The notes under the pieces were generated by a model that was not told the DNA's origin, ran no database searches, and saw nothing but the letters and a program-made list of their open reading frames with translations. Source: Eledone cirrhosa (taxonomy: Eukaryota). From it: 64,000 bases of DNA. This document shows, one piece after another, positions 1 through 12,287 of the stretch (its first letter is position 1; every line of letters begins with the position of its first letter). Where the stretch lies: assembly GCA_964016885.1 (NCBI GenBank), contig OZ024747.1, positions 10,416,001-10,480,000 of the forward strand. The letters are read 5' to 3'. The translations under genes and the position numbers were made by a program.

Positions 1-60
1 GCAAATTCCTGACCCTATTAGAGACGTATATGAATGTATTGACAGTATGTTTATAGATAA

Positions 61-181
61 TTGTTTCTACTTTAGGCACAAGGCCAGCATTTAACCAGTA
101 CATTACTGGTACTTTATTTTATCGACCCCGTAAGGATGAAAAGCAAAGTTAACCTCAGCGGGATTTGAACTCAGAATGTAA
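61..181 (-). mobile_element. tRNA-derived SINE fragment, family A (CORE-like)
   Basis: Shares ..ctgagttcaaatcccgctgaggttaactttgc..tcatccttacggggtcgataaaataaagtaccagt..ggccttgtgcc..gtagaaacaa with about ten other copies in the window. Confidence 0.8.
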
Positions 182-475
182 AATATGTTTATAGATAATA
201 AACATATATTAGTCTCACATGGCTGCGGAAGTAACTGTAATCATAGCTTACGGTAACATATCGAGACTTATGTAGGTTTATTATACATAAACATAGTGTA
301 TATATTTTCATATACACCTCTAATATGAATGACGCTATGTTAGTCTACTACTAATTAATGTACGTGCGTATGGTTTTTTTTTTTTAGCCATAGAATCTTT
401 TTATTATGTGTAATGATATTTATATATCATTACAAATCCTTACAGAATGAAATATAAACACAAAGAATACAATTA

Positions 476-614
476 CCGTATTTCCCGGCGCCGAAGACGC
501 ACCCTAATTAAGACAACCAAAAATAATAAACAACCTTCGTTCTCCAGGACTCATGGTAGAATTTTGAGACTTATTTTAAGGAAAAAGTAGCGTCTTCGAT
601 GCCAGGAAATACGG
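476..614. mobile_element. Tc1/mariner-superfamily (Tc2/pogo-like) MITE
   Basis: 25-bp TIRs CCGTATTTCCYGGCRYCGAAGACGC, TA on both flanks. Confidence 0.8.
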
Positions 615-716
615 TAAATATTGCCAGGCACCTGAAAAAGGAGAAGCAAAAACAAAGACGGAAACGACCATCAATTCACCACCAAGTGCGATGTGAATTT
701 GTCTTAGTGAGAGAGA

Positions 717-921
717 TGAGGGTCGACTGAAAAAGTTCATTGGCTGACCAAGATACTCTCACGGAATGACTAAATGAGGTTTATTTTTCATTTTCAACAT
801 AGTCCCTGGACAGAAACAATACAGTTATTAATAAAAAGAGTTGAAATTAATATATGCAAGATTTCACACCTCTAACATCACTCCTTCACAGTCAGCCTAT
901 GAACTTTTCAGCCGACTCTCG
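717..921. mobile_element. Mariner-like MITE
   Basis: About 30-bp imperfect TIRs (gagggtcgactgaaaaagttcattggctgac / gtcagcctatgaacttttcagccgactctcg), TA at right end. Confidence 0.75.
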
Positions 922-1039
922 TATGTGTTTGAGTATTTCACTTTTAAAAAGCAACTTTATTAATTTCTTAAACTTGCGATCATAAGCAGTAGACGAAATA
1001 AATGTAAACAAACAAATCACCATAAACAGTTTTGCCCAT

Positions 1040-1222
1040 ACGGTTTTGCCCGTAAAATCTGTCCAGCATTTTTTCCCTGAGACATTCTAACCACATGCCC
1101 ATAGTATCGGAGTTGTGATCTCCCAACTCGGAGAAGTCGCGGCTCTAGCTGGAGCGACTCTCTGATCTCCAAATTACGCACTCTATCGAGTAACATTACT
1201 GCAAAGACCCTTCAAGGGAACC
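1040..1222 (-). mobile_element. RTE-like LINE ORF2 3' remnant
   Basis: Homologous to 57570-57745; degenerate QLRYYGHVVRMSQ-type C-terminal LINE motif. Confidence 0.65.
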
Positions 1223-2574
1223 CCATAAAAGGGTTTCGGCCCCATAAAGGTGTAGCCCGGGGCGGACCGCCCCACTCACCTCCCTCTAGGTACGCTACTG
1301 CTCAGTGTAGTTGTTACTGTTGTTGTAGCTAGTCTTGTTTCTTTCTCCTGCTGTTTTCAATTTAATGTTCCAATGTTCAATGGAGAGTGATCAGTGTCAG
1401 CTTTTATTACCTATCTCTCTTTAAGTTGATTAGTTATCCAAATGATGTTGTGTGCTGGCAAGCGTAAAGCGACATGGGTGTTAAATGGTTTTCTCTGATG
1501 GCGGTGTTGTTTTTAGGTCTCGTATGGTATTGAGACACACTTAAGGCTACAACCCTTCTTATGTGGCAAATATAATTTGACAATCCTAGCAATACCGAAT
1601 AGTTTGTGTGTTGTCATTGAATTCTTGTAGTCGGCAGCTCAGAAAGCCAAGTGTAACCATAACGATCTAAGAAGAGAAGAAAGGAACACACTTCTCGTGG
1701 TCACAGGTTGTGGAAAAGTAACCATATACTTGATCTACCACACAACACTCTATACAATAAATCACTGTATGCCAGAGTACACAATGTGTTATACGTACAT
1801 ACAGATAGGTGAAGGAATGGGATATTTAGAACAATTGATCTGTGAATCATACTTAATCGTTCTCTCTCATATCTAGCTGTGTTCGATCGGGTCTTTAACC
1901 ACATCACAACTACATAACACACAGTGATTACATTCGTAAAACACATACTTTGATCAATGTATACAGACACAAAGAACATTAAGCAGTAAGTGGAAACTGT
2001 TACACACACATATACACGCATTCCTTTTACAAACATTGACATTGCCACAACAACAAGCTGTCATAGTATCTTAAAGGTGTCAGAGGCATGTTTACACACC
2101 ATTAAAGTAACCAGGATTTTTTCATCAAACTGTTTTCAATTAATTGATATAAAAACCAGTCAATTCTTTCCCTTTTCCTTTAATCCAGCGTAGTTTTCCG
2201 AGAAAGGCACCTTGACCTGTTTAAAGCAGTTTATATATGTCATTCATTTAAAAACTTTTATATATTCAAACAATGCAATGTTTTCTTGGTTATGTATATG
2301 TCTTTATAAGTCATCTCACGTTTATTATATATAAATATATTAAATTAAATTACGAGATCAATCAAATCGGCATTCAATGAATCTATGAATCAAATGGTAT
2401 TCAGCATTTAACACTCTATTTTGTATCCGGCTTCAAACGGTGAAACAGAAAACTTTTCAAAAATTTAAACAAGTAAAAAGCATGACTTAAAAATTATTTA
2501 TTTGTTGAAAGACAGTAAAATGTTTCCTTCTCGGGTTGTTCTGTACCACTTGTAGAGAAAATTGTTGGCAGAGG

Positions 2575-3025
2575 TTCTTGAGGTGAGCCAGCACACTCGC
2601 AGCGTTGCCTCGGGTGGTGGCGAGGCTAACGCACTGGAATAACCAAGCGCCCTCGCGAAATTCGCCAGTTACCTCTATTAGGCGAGCCGCCAGTGAAGAG
2701 ACGAACCCCGCAGTCAGCGGCCCGACTGTCCCAAACGTCTCGAAAGCCACAGGCTGAAAAATGTAGCTGGCCGACAGATCACAGTATTTGAGGGTCTTAC
2801 TCCGCTCGGCTGCGGAAGCTGTGGCTCTCGCCCTAACCGCAGCATCCAGGATGAGGGAAGAAGCAAAAGAGTCACTAATAGTGACGTCCCAGATAAGGCA
2901 CCTGCCTCTCGACCAAGGGGACAGGGTAAGTCCGTCATGTCTTTTGCCGTCACTTCTGGACAACCCAGATGGTTCTAAGATTGAGGTGATGTTCGCCTGG
3001 GCCAAATCTCTCTTGAGAATAAGGT
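2575..3025 (-). mobile_element. 5'-truncated CRE-like non-LTR retrotransposon (restriction-like endonuclease domain)
   Basis: EPSGLSRSDGKRHDGLTLSPWSRGRCLIWDVT..AAERSKTLKY..FQPVAFETFG..WLFQ..RGNAASVL: RxDG..WDVT..K..KY endonuclease signature. Confidence 0.85.
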
Positions 3026-3365
3026 TTTAAAAACTAGATATCGCTTGTTTCGTCCGGTTTGTAAAATATTGACATATACAACCATACACTCTCGCTAACC
3101 AGCCTTGCTGGAGTTGACACTAGCTGAAAAAAATTTACCAACACAAGTCGGGTCAGTTAAATATTACTACATTTGCACACATCACACACTACAACTATAC
3201 ATATATTCTTTTCCATTGTTCATTGTTGCACATGATTTCAAAGACAATATTTTATTATGAAATAGCATTTGTATAACTCATTGAATAATAATGATAAAGA
3301 AAAAAAGGGGAGAGGGGCAATTCACCACCAAGTGCGACAATCGGCTGCACCTCACGTCTTAGGGG

Positions 3366-3545
3366 TTAACTAAACACTTTGAGGCAATCCAACATTCTCG
3401 CAGCATTACCACGGGTGATGGCGAGACTAAGGCGCTGAAATAACCATGCACCCTCACGGGCATCAGTAAGGTAAGCCGCCAGATTTGACAAGAATTTCGG
3501 CCCAATTCCACCAAACGTCTCGAACGCCACAGGCTGGAAAAAATA
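3366..3545 (-). mobile_element. Second CRE-like 3' fragment
   Basis: FFQPVAFETFGGIGP..EGAWLFQRLSLAITRGNAA. Confidence 0.8.
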
Positions 3546-3814
3546 ATTATTAGATAAATCCAGGTATTCAAAGTAAATCATGTATGTTACAAATAAAAAT
3601 GTTAAAATTAGCGATGTCTTGTTCATTTGGTAATTCTTATCCATGTGATATGGTAAAATCATCTTCCCAATGGTAATATCATATCACACCACAACAAACG
3701 AGTACAACGTCGTTTCCTTGAATATGGCAAAACTTCTCTCGACTCACTCATCAACTTCACACTTCACCACCACCATAACTACTACTACTACTACTACTGC
3801 TGCTGCTGCTACTG

Positions 3815-3847
<33 letters not shown>

Positions 3848-3849
3848 GT

Positions 3850-4667
3850 CCATCAAACCCTATCTGGAATAAAGCACTGGGCAGCATATCTGGACAGTAT
3901 CATCGTTGCAACTCTCTTTTTGGTAATTCTGATCAATTTTCTATGTGCTGCTTATTTTCTGCAAACGCAAAGTTCTCGGGGGACTGGATTGATGCTCTAC
4001 TTGTGGCCAACATTGATGGATGGTCTTCTTCTCAGTCAGGGCGAGCTCTGAATCTCCAATGCACTCCGAGTAGGGGCCGATGTCTGTTGGGGTCTGAGAT
4101 GTCGCTGTGGTAGGTCCCATGACTCCACAAACCTCCATGATTTGTCCTGCCACCTGAATGCTGGTCACTTCGCCCGTCACACCTGATCATTAAGCGGGCT
4201 CTAGCTCGGGTAAATATCACTTCAGTTCTGGAGCCGGCTAGATTATCCAGAAGTAATGGGAAGAGACCAGACTTCCTTACCTTTTGTCCCTGGTGTTTCA
4301 TCTTGGACATCACAGTCAGTGACTCATTTGCTCCCTCATACATCATGGATGCCGCGGTAAAAATGAGGGTCACTGCTTCCATTGCCGAATGGAATAAAAC
4401 CCGAAAATACCTGGAACTATCAACAATTATTTTTTCCAGCCTGTGGCGTTCGAGACATTTGGTGTAGTTGAGCTGCTGACAGCGAAGTTCTTGTCATCGT
4501 TGACAGCTCGGCTTACTGATGTGTCAGGTGAAGCTCCGGGTGAGGGTGCCTGGCTGTTTCACCGCCTTAGCCTTACCCGTGCTAATGCTGCCAGCGTATT
4601 GGCTTGCCTTAATTGGCTTGAACAAGTTGTAACGTTATTTATACAACTGTGAATAAAATGAATAAAA
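3850..4667 (+). mobile_element. Third, frameshifted CRE-like copy
   Basis: SGDWIDAL, a Cys/His segment, IIKRALARVNITSVLEPARLSRSNGKRPD and AFETFG..EGAWLFHRLSL across frames; AATAAA pair at about 4652-4666. Confidence 0.8.
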
Positions 4668-5470
4668 TTTCTTTTAATTTAAATATTTTATCGGTTAAGA
4701 TTATGTCATGACATGTCATAAAGAAATAGATTTTTTTTGTTTTGTTTTCCATGTAAAAGAAATCGATTAGTTTAACTGTACTACTATCTCAAATTATTGA
4801 TGAAAGTTTTGATAGATTGTTGGTGACTACTCAACAAACTGAATGAGTCACAAAGTCTGATGTTAATATTATTCAAATTAAACAATTCGTGGATAATAGA
4901 GACGAATATTCAACAGGATATTCGATAAAACACGATGTGATTAATTATCATGGAAATAAAAACAAAAATTGCTAACCTGTCTTCTCCAAGTATTCCAAAA
5001 TAAAATTTTAACTCAAATGCATGACACTGATTGAGTAATAGGCTGAAATACATCGTTATATTGATATGATAAGGTCAGACCTGTCAACTCTCCTCGTCCG
5101 ACAAGGAGATCTCCCACCCACTTTGGGGTGGGTGAGAGATGTTTTCTCTTGTGAAAATGGGTATAGCTTTCATTATGTAATCTCCCCATTTTGCTTAATT
5201 TCTCTCCCTTTTGGGGAACTTTTTTCATGGTACTCCCCGTTTGGGTTTTTAGAGGTTGGCAGGTCTATAAGGTCACACAGTGTCACGTTGAATCTCCCTG
5301 AGAACTGCGTTAAGGGTATACGTGTCTGGAAAACTCGGCTACTTACAGGTTGATTCTCTTGATCGAATAACTGGAATACTCATAATATACTAATAATAAT
5401 AATGAAATTGTGTACAGTGCTCAGGTGCACTACCACTCATCAAAGGTGCATGTATAGTACATAGAATAAT

Positions 5471-5661
5471 TGTTTCTACTTTTTGGCACAAGGCCAGCAA
5501 TTATCCAGCGCATTACTGGTACTTTATTTTATCGACCCCGTAAGGATGAAAGGCAAAGTTAACCTCAGCGGGATTTGAACTCAGAATGGCAAGGGCCGTA
5601 ACTCTATGCGTCAAAGCATGGGGTCCGACCCCTCTACCGATACTGCCAATCCACCGCCATT
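5471..5661 (-). mobile_element. Full-length SINE family A with 16-bp target-site duplication
   Basis: TAGTACATAGAATAAT at 5455-5470 and 5662-5677; A/B-box-like head (..ggcagtatcggtagag..gagttcaaatccc). Confidence 0.88.
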
Positions 5662-6082
5662 TAGTACATAGAATAATGTACAAATGTCAGGAAAATGAAC
5701 ACATCGAAACCAACTGATGTCCAACATACATACATACATACGTGGTTGCTCGACCTGCTAAACATAGTAGCGAAACTTCTCTCAGACCACATCCCGCCAT
5801 CTTAACTAAGGAGAAAAAAAAACTTTAGATATTGTAATGCTATTTTGTAGTAATATGACGAGATGGTAACGACTGGATTATAGGTCTGCTTGATCTGGGT
5901 TCACCTGAGGCTAAATAACAACTAACAACAATTTACCCCGCTACAAAGGTGACCGTCCTGTTAGACAAGGCCGGACTTTCACCTGCTGAGGCCCTAAGTT
6001 ATATGAAATTTGAGGCTCTACAACAAGGTATCCCTTCCCCTATATCGAAGCCCACACACATTAACATCCATCTCGGCACCAA

Positions 6083-6133
6083 CCAATCAACGAGAAGAAT
6101 TCTGTTATTTTCTGATACTTCACGAAGATGGCG
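6083..6133 (+). promoter_or_regulatory. Putative SGCB proximal promoter: CCAAT box and YY1-like AAGATGGCG over the start codon
   Basis: CCAAT at 6083-6087; AAGATGGCG at 6125-6133. Confidence 0.35.
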
Positions 6134-6142
6134 TCACGTCGG
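6128..6142 (+). CDS. SGCB: Beta-sarcoglycan exon 1 (MASRR)
   Basis: aagATGGCG start context, 15 nt, then GTAAG donor at 6143; phase 0 joins exon 2 in frame. Confidence 0.7.
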
Positions 6143-7394
6143 GTAAGAACTTTCTTGGAAATGTTTTCTACGTCAACAGTTTGAAATTCTGCAACAATTC
6201 TCTTCTTTTTAAAAATTATCTATTTATTCCTGTAATTAAACAATAGCTGCAAGCGATTATATTAACCTTTTTAACTGTTTAGAAGCTAGTTTGAAAAATG
6301 TGTTTTTGGTTTCCGCCGACGGTACCATTCCCTCGTAGAAGTAGCATGCATATTTAACTCCTGCTGCCCAACCACGAATATATTCTAACCCAAATTTTTG
6401 GGGGTCAGTTTCAATACAAAGGTCTGCGACTCTTACAAAAGCTTCTCATTTTCATTTTTTTTAAATGACATATTTTTTTATTCCAACAACTCAACCGACC
6501 GAGAAATTTCTTGGTGAACTTGTATTTTAGTTGTAGGAATAAGAAATTATAATAAACGAAGAAAGAATATCAGTGAAATAATTATAGAAGATTTATATGA
6601 ACTGAAGGAATAACCACGTCCAGTGTCATGATTATATTGATGATTAGTGGTACTAACAAGAAGTCTTTTATACGAGTATTCTTCTTGTTTACGATATACA
6701 AATCTTACCAACATAAATGAAGAATTTTGACGTTCTTGTGTTTTGACTCCGGAAATTGAAAACTATGTCAACACCCGCGCACACACGTGTATATATATAT
6801 GTGTGTGTATGTTTGTGTGTTGAATAATGCTTTCTTTATTAACCACAAGGGTTGACACAAAGTATAAGGGCAACACAGGACAATACAAATGAGCATTTCT
6901 ACGTGTAAAAAAAACAAAAACAGAGTATGTGACAAAAAAAGGAAACTACGAAAAAATTTCCTAATAGGGGGGAGACCTCCGAGGGTCGCTCGTGGAGAAA
7001 GCTTACAAGAAAAGCCACGGTTACTCTGGAAAACAAAAGGAGAAGTTTAGTGCTTAATCAGTTCAGTGTTTTATGATCGTTTCAGGTGGTTGATTGATCA
7101 TGATAAATCGATAAAATGATTAATCAATAGTAGTTATGTAACTCCAAATACAATTCTCCATACAACAGATGTATGAAGATGTGAAGAATAAAGTGGTCGG
7201 TTGTACAATAGGGTTTATTCAAAGTATTAACAATTGTTTCATTAGTCCGGTGTGTCTGAAAATCGCTGTTCGCAAGATGTTACGTCACTCGATTTTAATT
7301 ACAGTCGATACCTGACCAAATCATATTGATCTGTGTATGATACAGTGCGCTAGTATTTATAGATACATGAAAAAAATAACATTATTCCTGTGCT

Positions 7395-7573
7395 GTGGAT
7401 TAGCACTATCGGTAGAGCGTCAAACGCCATGCTTTGTAGCATAGAGTTGTGGCCCTTTACGTTTTTAGTTCAAATCAAAGGTTAACTTTGCCTTTCATCC
7501 TTATGGGGTCGATAAAATAAAGTACCAGTGTTGCCCATGGATAATTGCTGGCCTTGTGCCAAAAGTAGAAACA
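7395..7573 (+). mobile_element. SINE family A
   Basis: Same consensus; flanked by near-identical attattyctgtgctg. Confidence 0.8.
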
Positions 7574-7698
7574 ATTATTTCTGTGCTGACTTTTACCATT
7601 GTTATATTGTTAATATTATTCAACAAAACATAAACAATTTCAATAAAATAAATACATTTGACTACACGAATTAAATACATACTATTTATAGGACACAG

Positions 7699-7729
<31 letters not shown>

Positions 7730-8023
7730 ACTATTTATAGGACACAGTCAGCATCATCATCATCATACTATTTATTGACCATAGTCATCATCATCATCAA
7801 TTCTTCTGACTCTTTGTTTAGCTGGTTTTCTATGACTGGACCCTCTTTCAAACACTAAGGACAGTTACTAAGAAGAATGTGATGAGAGGGTAGAGTATTG
7901 GTGGTGATGGGGGGGGGGGGGTAGTGTCGACAGGTGGAGGTTATTGTGCTGAGCATACAAACTTCTTGCTCACTTTTATACTTGGTTACCTGGATGTAGA
8001 GGACTGAACTACACCCACCCCAG

Positions 8024-8291
8024 GTATTCTGCCAGAAGTAGGGTACCTCAGCCCACTTTGTTCTGGCAGAAGTAGGGTACCTCAGACCCCTTCGTTCTGG
8101 CAGAAGTACAGTACCTCAGACCCCTTTGTTCTGGCAGAAGTAGGGTACCTCAGACCCCTTTGTTCTGGCAGAAGTAGGGTATCTCAGACCACTTTGTTCT
8201 GGCAGAAGTACAGTACCTCAGACCCCTTTGTTCTGGCAGAAGTAGGGTACCTCAGACCCCTTTGTTCTGGCAGAAGTAGGCTACCTCAGAC
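8024..8291. repeat. 34-bp minisatellite, about 8 copies
   Basis: Unit gttctggcagaagtagggtacctcagaccccttt. Confidence 0.9.
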
Positions 8292-8981
8292 ATTTCTAAA
8301 TGGAAGACAATTTAGACATATAGATGAAAACTTGCAACAGGGTGAGCAGACAGCAGAAGGATCTTGAGAGGAAGAATTCCCTGCAAACATGTTTTGGGTC
8401 CTTGATTCCTCCTAACAGTGAAAGGGAGCCAGGTCCTCCTAGGTCATGTTTCCTAGGGGTTCTCTTGCTGTTTTTTTCTCCTCCAGCAGGTGAGAAATTG
8501 TTTGCTATTCCTGTGGTTTACACAACACAGCCACAAAGACCATCTGTAGAATACTTCATATCTATTTAAACAGCAACCAATGTCTGCGACGATGTATATA
8601 ATTTCATTTGGCTACGTGTGTGTGAGCATACATACACGTGTATATTTATACACACAAACACACACATGTATATTTATACATATATATGTGTGTGTTTGTA
8701 TATGTGTATGCATAAATATATCTAGACATAGACATAGCCATTACTGGAGATGTTTCATTGTGTAGATAAAACAATATAGGAATAGATCGTAGATCATCTA
8801 GAAATGTTAGACCAGTGTCCAAACCTCCAAGAATCTATCCATTCCTAGCACTAAGAAATACACCTCTTTCTTTAAAACTTTCTTTTGTACTTTGATATCA
8901 TCCACATCTAGGGGCTTCCTACAATCTACTAACTAGCCTTTATTAAAATGTTCTTAATTAGTTTTTGTACTTATTCCACAG

Positions 8982-9188
8982 AACCATGCAACCAACCAAC
9001 AGCTGAGCATGCGAGACAAGGCCCAGAGGAAACAGCAGGGCAACCATGAACATCGTTCAAACTTCCGAGCAGGTTTCATCCCGATCAATGAAGAATATCT
9101 CCACAAAACTGGCATTAGGGGAAAGAAGAAGAAATTTCTCTACTGTTTTGTTGGCTTCCTTCTGATGGTTGCTGTAGCCAACATTGTG
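8982..9188 (+). CDS. SGCB: Beta-sarcoglycan exon 2 (cytoplasmic domain and start of TM helix)
   Basis: ttccacag acceptor, GTAAGT donor; SMRDKA..EHRSNFRAGFIPINEEYLHKTGIRGKK resembles vertebrate SGCB SMREKA..EHNSNFKAGYIPIDEDRLHKTGLRGRK. Confidence 0.95.
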
Positions 9189-9332
9189 GTAAGTTTTATC
9201 ACTTTAATTCTTTGTATTATATTGTATGGTCCAGTAACTCCTGATAGAGTCATAAGGGCGCTGTATTGACATATGGCGATTCTTGGGCATTTTAAGCCTG
9301 GCGGAGCCCACCCCTCTCCAGGTTTAGTTCCT

Positions 9333-9484
9333 TAAGAAGGTACTAAAGATTTGTTGCTGTAGCCAACATCGGGATAAGTTTTATCACTTCAGGTTCTTTA
9401 AGAAGGTACTAAAGATTTGTTGCTGTAGCCAACATCGGGATAAGTTTTATCACTTCAGGTTCTTTAAGAAGGTACTAAAGATTT
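9333..9484. repeat. 66-bp tandem duplication containing a copy of the SGCB exon 2 donor region
   Basis: gttgctgtagccaacatcgggataagttttatcactt twice. Confidence 0.85.
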
Positions 9485-9976
9485 AGTTTACTGGCTGAAT
9501 ATCATCATCATCATCATCTTCGTTTAACGTCCATTTTCCACGCTAGCATGGGTTAAAAGGTAATTCATATATATATGATATATATGTAGCAGTGACATGT
9601 GAAAATAATGCTAGGGTAAGGTAATGAAATGTTGTATATTTGGGAGACAATAGCCATATACAATGATACCATCTCTTACAAAACAAAATCAAATACATTC
9701 TCAACAATTATATAACATTGCTCCAAATAGTTTTTTACCATTGTTCTAAACAGTTTTTTCACCATTGTTCTAAAACAGTTTTTTTAAAACTATTATTCTA
9801 AACAGTTTTTATCATTATTCTAAACAGTTTTATACCATTGTTATAAACATTTCTTATCACTGTACTCTATTGCAGGTGACAGCTGTGTCTAGTACTGTAC
9901 TATAGGGGTTAGTTCTAACAGCTGTATCTAGTACTGTACTATAGGGGTTAGTTCTAATCACTGTACTCTATTGCAG

Positions 9977-10162
9977 GTGACCGGTCTACTGATGTCTGTA
10001 TTGAAGCTGACACCATTTGGACTGCAGTCTTTTGAATTTATCCCTGGAGGGAAATTGCTGCGGCTAATTGTGAACGGAATTTTACCAAACATTACCCTGA
10101 CCACTGGACTACTGGGGGGCCGGATGTGGAGTGGAATTAACTTCACAGCTGACCAGTCAACA
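9977..10162 (+). CDS. SGCB: Beta-sarcoglycan exon 3
   Basis: ttgcag/GTAAGT, 186 nt phase 0-0; VTGLLMSVLKLTPFGLQSFEF..GKLLRL..LLGGR aligns with ITLVIWAVIRIGPNGCDSMEF..GLLRF..TVGGR. Confidence 0.9.
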
Positions 10163-10500
10163 GTAAGTGAACTTTCAGTTTAAAATGGCTGTATCTTTTC
10201 ATGTCTATCTTATCAAATATGTCCTTCAAGACCTGAATATCATTAAATTTTAAATGATTTCATCTCTGTTTCTTTTTGGAAGCCATCTAGTTCCACACTC
10301 TAAATGTGGTTGGTGTTAGGAAGGGCATCCAGCTGTAAAAACCCTGGCCAAATTTACAGTCCTGTCAGAGCAAGGTACAGTGTGGCCAATTCTGGCCCGA
10401 CTTGTCTCTCAATGTGGACAACCCATCTAACCTATGCAAGCATGGAAAATTGATGTTAAACGGTGATGATGATATATATTCGTTATTTCTTTATTTCCAG

Positions 10501-10531
10501 GTCAATTTTGGTTCTGCAGAAACTTCCATGT
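10501..10531 (+). CDS. SGCB: Beta-sarcoglycan exon 4 (31 nt, VNFGSAETSM)
   Basis: tttctttatttccag acceptor, GTAAGT donor; phase 0-1 bridges exon 3 (phase 0) to exon 5 (phase 1). Confidence 0.85.
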
Positions 10532-11684
10532 GTAAGTAACTAAACATTTTATAGATTACTTCAGACAGAAACTTTACTTACTTATCAAACCCTATATTAA
10601 CTTATTTTGTTAAATGATTGTGGGGAAATAACGACTATGAAATTACAATGTTAGACTATTAACAATGTGGATATTATAAAGATCTTTAAAGGAACCCGCA
10701 GCTGTGCTTTATACCTGTAGACAATACCTTAAACTCTGCCTCTCTTTACCTCCTCTTCACTATAAAGTAGTAGTTGTTGTTATTATTGTAGATTGATTGA
10801 TAACTGCCATGTTTTGGGGGAAGAATATAATTAGGTAAAAGGGATTTGTGTGTTAATTGTGTACCTTGGGTTTATAATGGATATTATGACTGGGGTGGTT
10901 GATAACTACCTCTAGAAAATATCTGTCAAAACATAAAAGAAGTAAAAGTTTGTTGAATCATTTAGTTACCAACCTGACCATAACTAACCCCGATTCTATG
11001 AAATAAAACCACCCATTTTAAAGGTTTTCAATTTAAATTTAAATCTTTCAACATAATTTTATATAAGAACCTTACATTAAGTTACTATCTCAGTAATTAT
11101 ATAATTTATAATTTTAGTAAATCCCTCAAAATTGTTCATTAATTGATTAAAATAGAGTGTATTTTATTAGAAATGTAGTCATGAAAGAGTTAAGTTACTA
11201 TCTTAGTAAAGTAATGAAATAATTAACACTTTTAGTAAATTCCTCAAACTTCTTCATTAATTAATTAAAATAGAGTGTATTTCATTAGAAATGCAGTCAT
11301 GACAGGATTAAATTTTGTGGCTTGTCTGGATTGTGAAATCCCAAACTACTTTAAACCTGTTCTTTTCAACAACACCTTCTGTTTAGTGTTGATACCATTT
11401 GCTGCTCATTTCAAACTTTAACATAAAATGTCCCACTGTAGAGCCTTAGTTACAGAATAATGGCCTCTCTTATATTTTTTCTCTGACAAGAACTACACCA
11501 ACTTATAATGTCGCTCTCAAATATTCTACATTTGATATTCTCACTAGTTTTATATATTTTGTTGGTAAGGCTTGTGATTGGGGGTGGCCATGGTTAGACC
11601 TGTTTCTTACCTCCTCCCTCCTCCTCCACCAGTAACATAGAAATATAACACTGTTGTCTTCTATCTTACTCTTACTTCCCCCAG

Positions 11685-11842
11685 TGTCCGTAGATGAAAG
11701 TCAAAGTTTGTTCACCACGGATGCTTTTGATGTTATTGATGCTGACAGTAATGAGCTGATCTTTTCAACTGATCCAAACAAGGAATGGTCATTTCCAAAA
11801 ATGCCAGAGAATCTGCAGACAGATAAAGTAGAAACAACCAAT
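11685..11842 (+). CDS. SGCB: Beta-sarcoglycan exon 5
   Basis: cttcccccag/GTAAGT; LSVDESQSLFTT..ELIFSTD..EWSFP..ENLQTDK resembles LSVENNKTSITS..NILFSTD..EFHLP..KSLNVQK. Confidence 0.9.
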
Positions 11843-12104
11843 GTAAGTTTATTTCATGCCATCTTATTGTTGTTGGGAGGACTCTTCTATTGTGTCAAAG
11901 ACATGATATCCTTCCTATATATATTTATTAGAGAGAGTTGGGGTCCCACGGATAAGCTCTTGCCATTTTGACAATCTGGAATTAGATGTCAAAACAGCAG
12001 GAGCTCAGCCATCGGGCCCCAACTCTCTCTAATATATTTACACTTTACTATCCCAAAACTTTCAGTCCACACTATAAAGTGGTCATGTAGGAGACACAGC
12101 AAAA

Positions 12105-12287
12105 AGCACCCAGTACACACTGTAAATGTGGTTGGGTTTAGGAAGGACATCCAACCGTAGAAAACCAGTCAGAAACAGTCCTATACGAGCGAGACACGAT
12201 CACCCGACACAACTTGCTTCAAATGGGACAAACCCATCTAACCCATGCTAGCATGGAAGATAGACGTTAAACGATGATGATGATGAT
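12105..12287 (+). mobile_element. SINE family C (Meta-domain-like core, (GAT)n tail); further copies at about 10290+, 17155-, 18985-, 28215+, 34040-, 40240-, 41845+, 61490-
   Basis: tgtggttgg..ttaggaagg(g/a)catcca..cgtagaaaacc core; tail acccatgctagcatggaa..gacgttaaacgatgatgat; superfamily named from recalled consensus. Confidence 0.7.

Noticed and set aside
4032-4382. Minus-strand ORF suggesting an internal inversion in the CRE-like copy
   Set aside because: The homology is continuous on +; this ORF is its antisense shadow.
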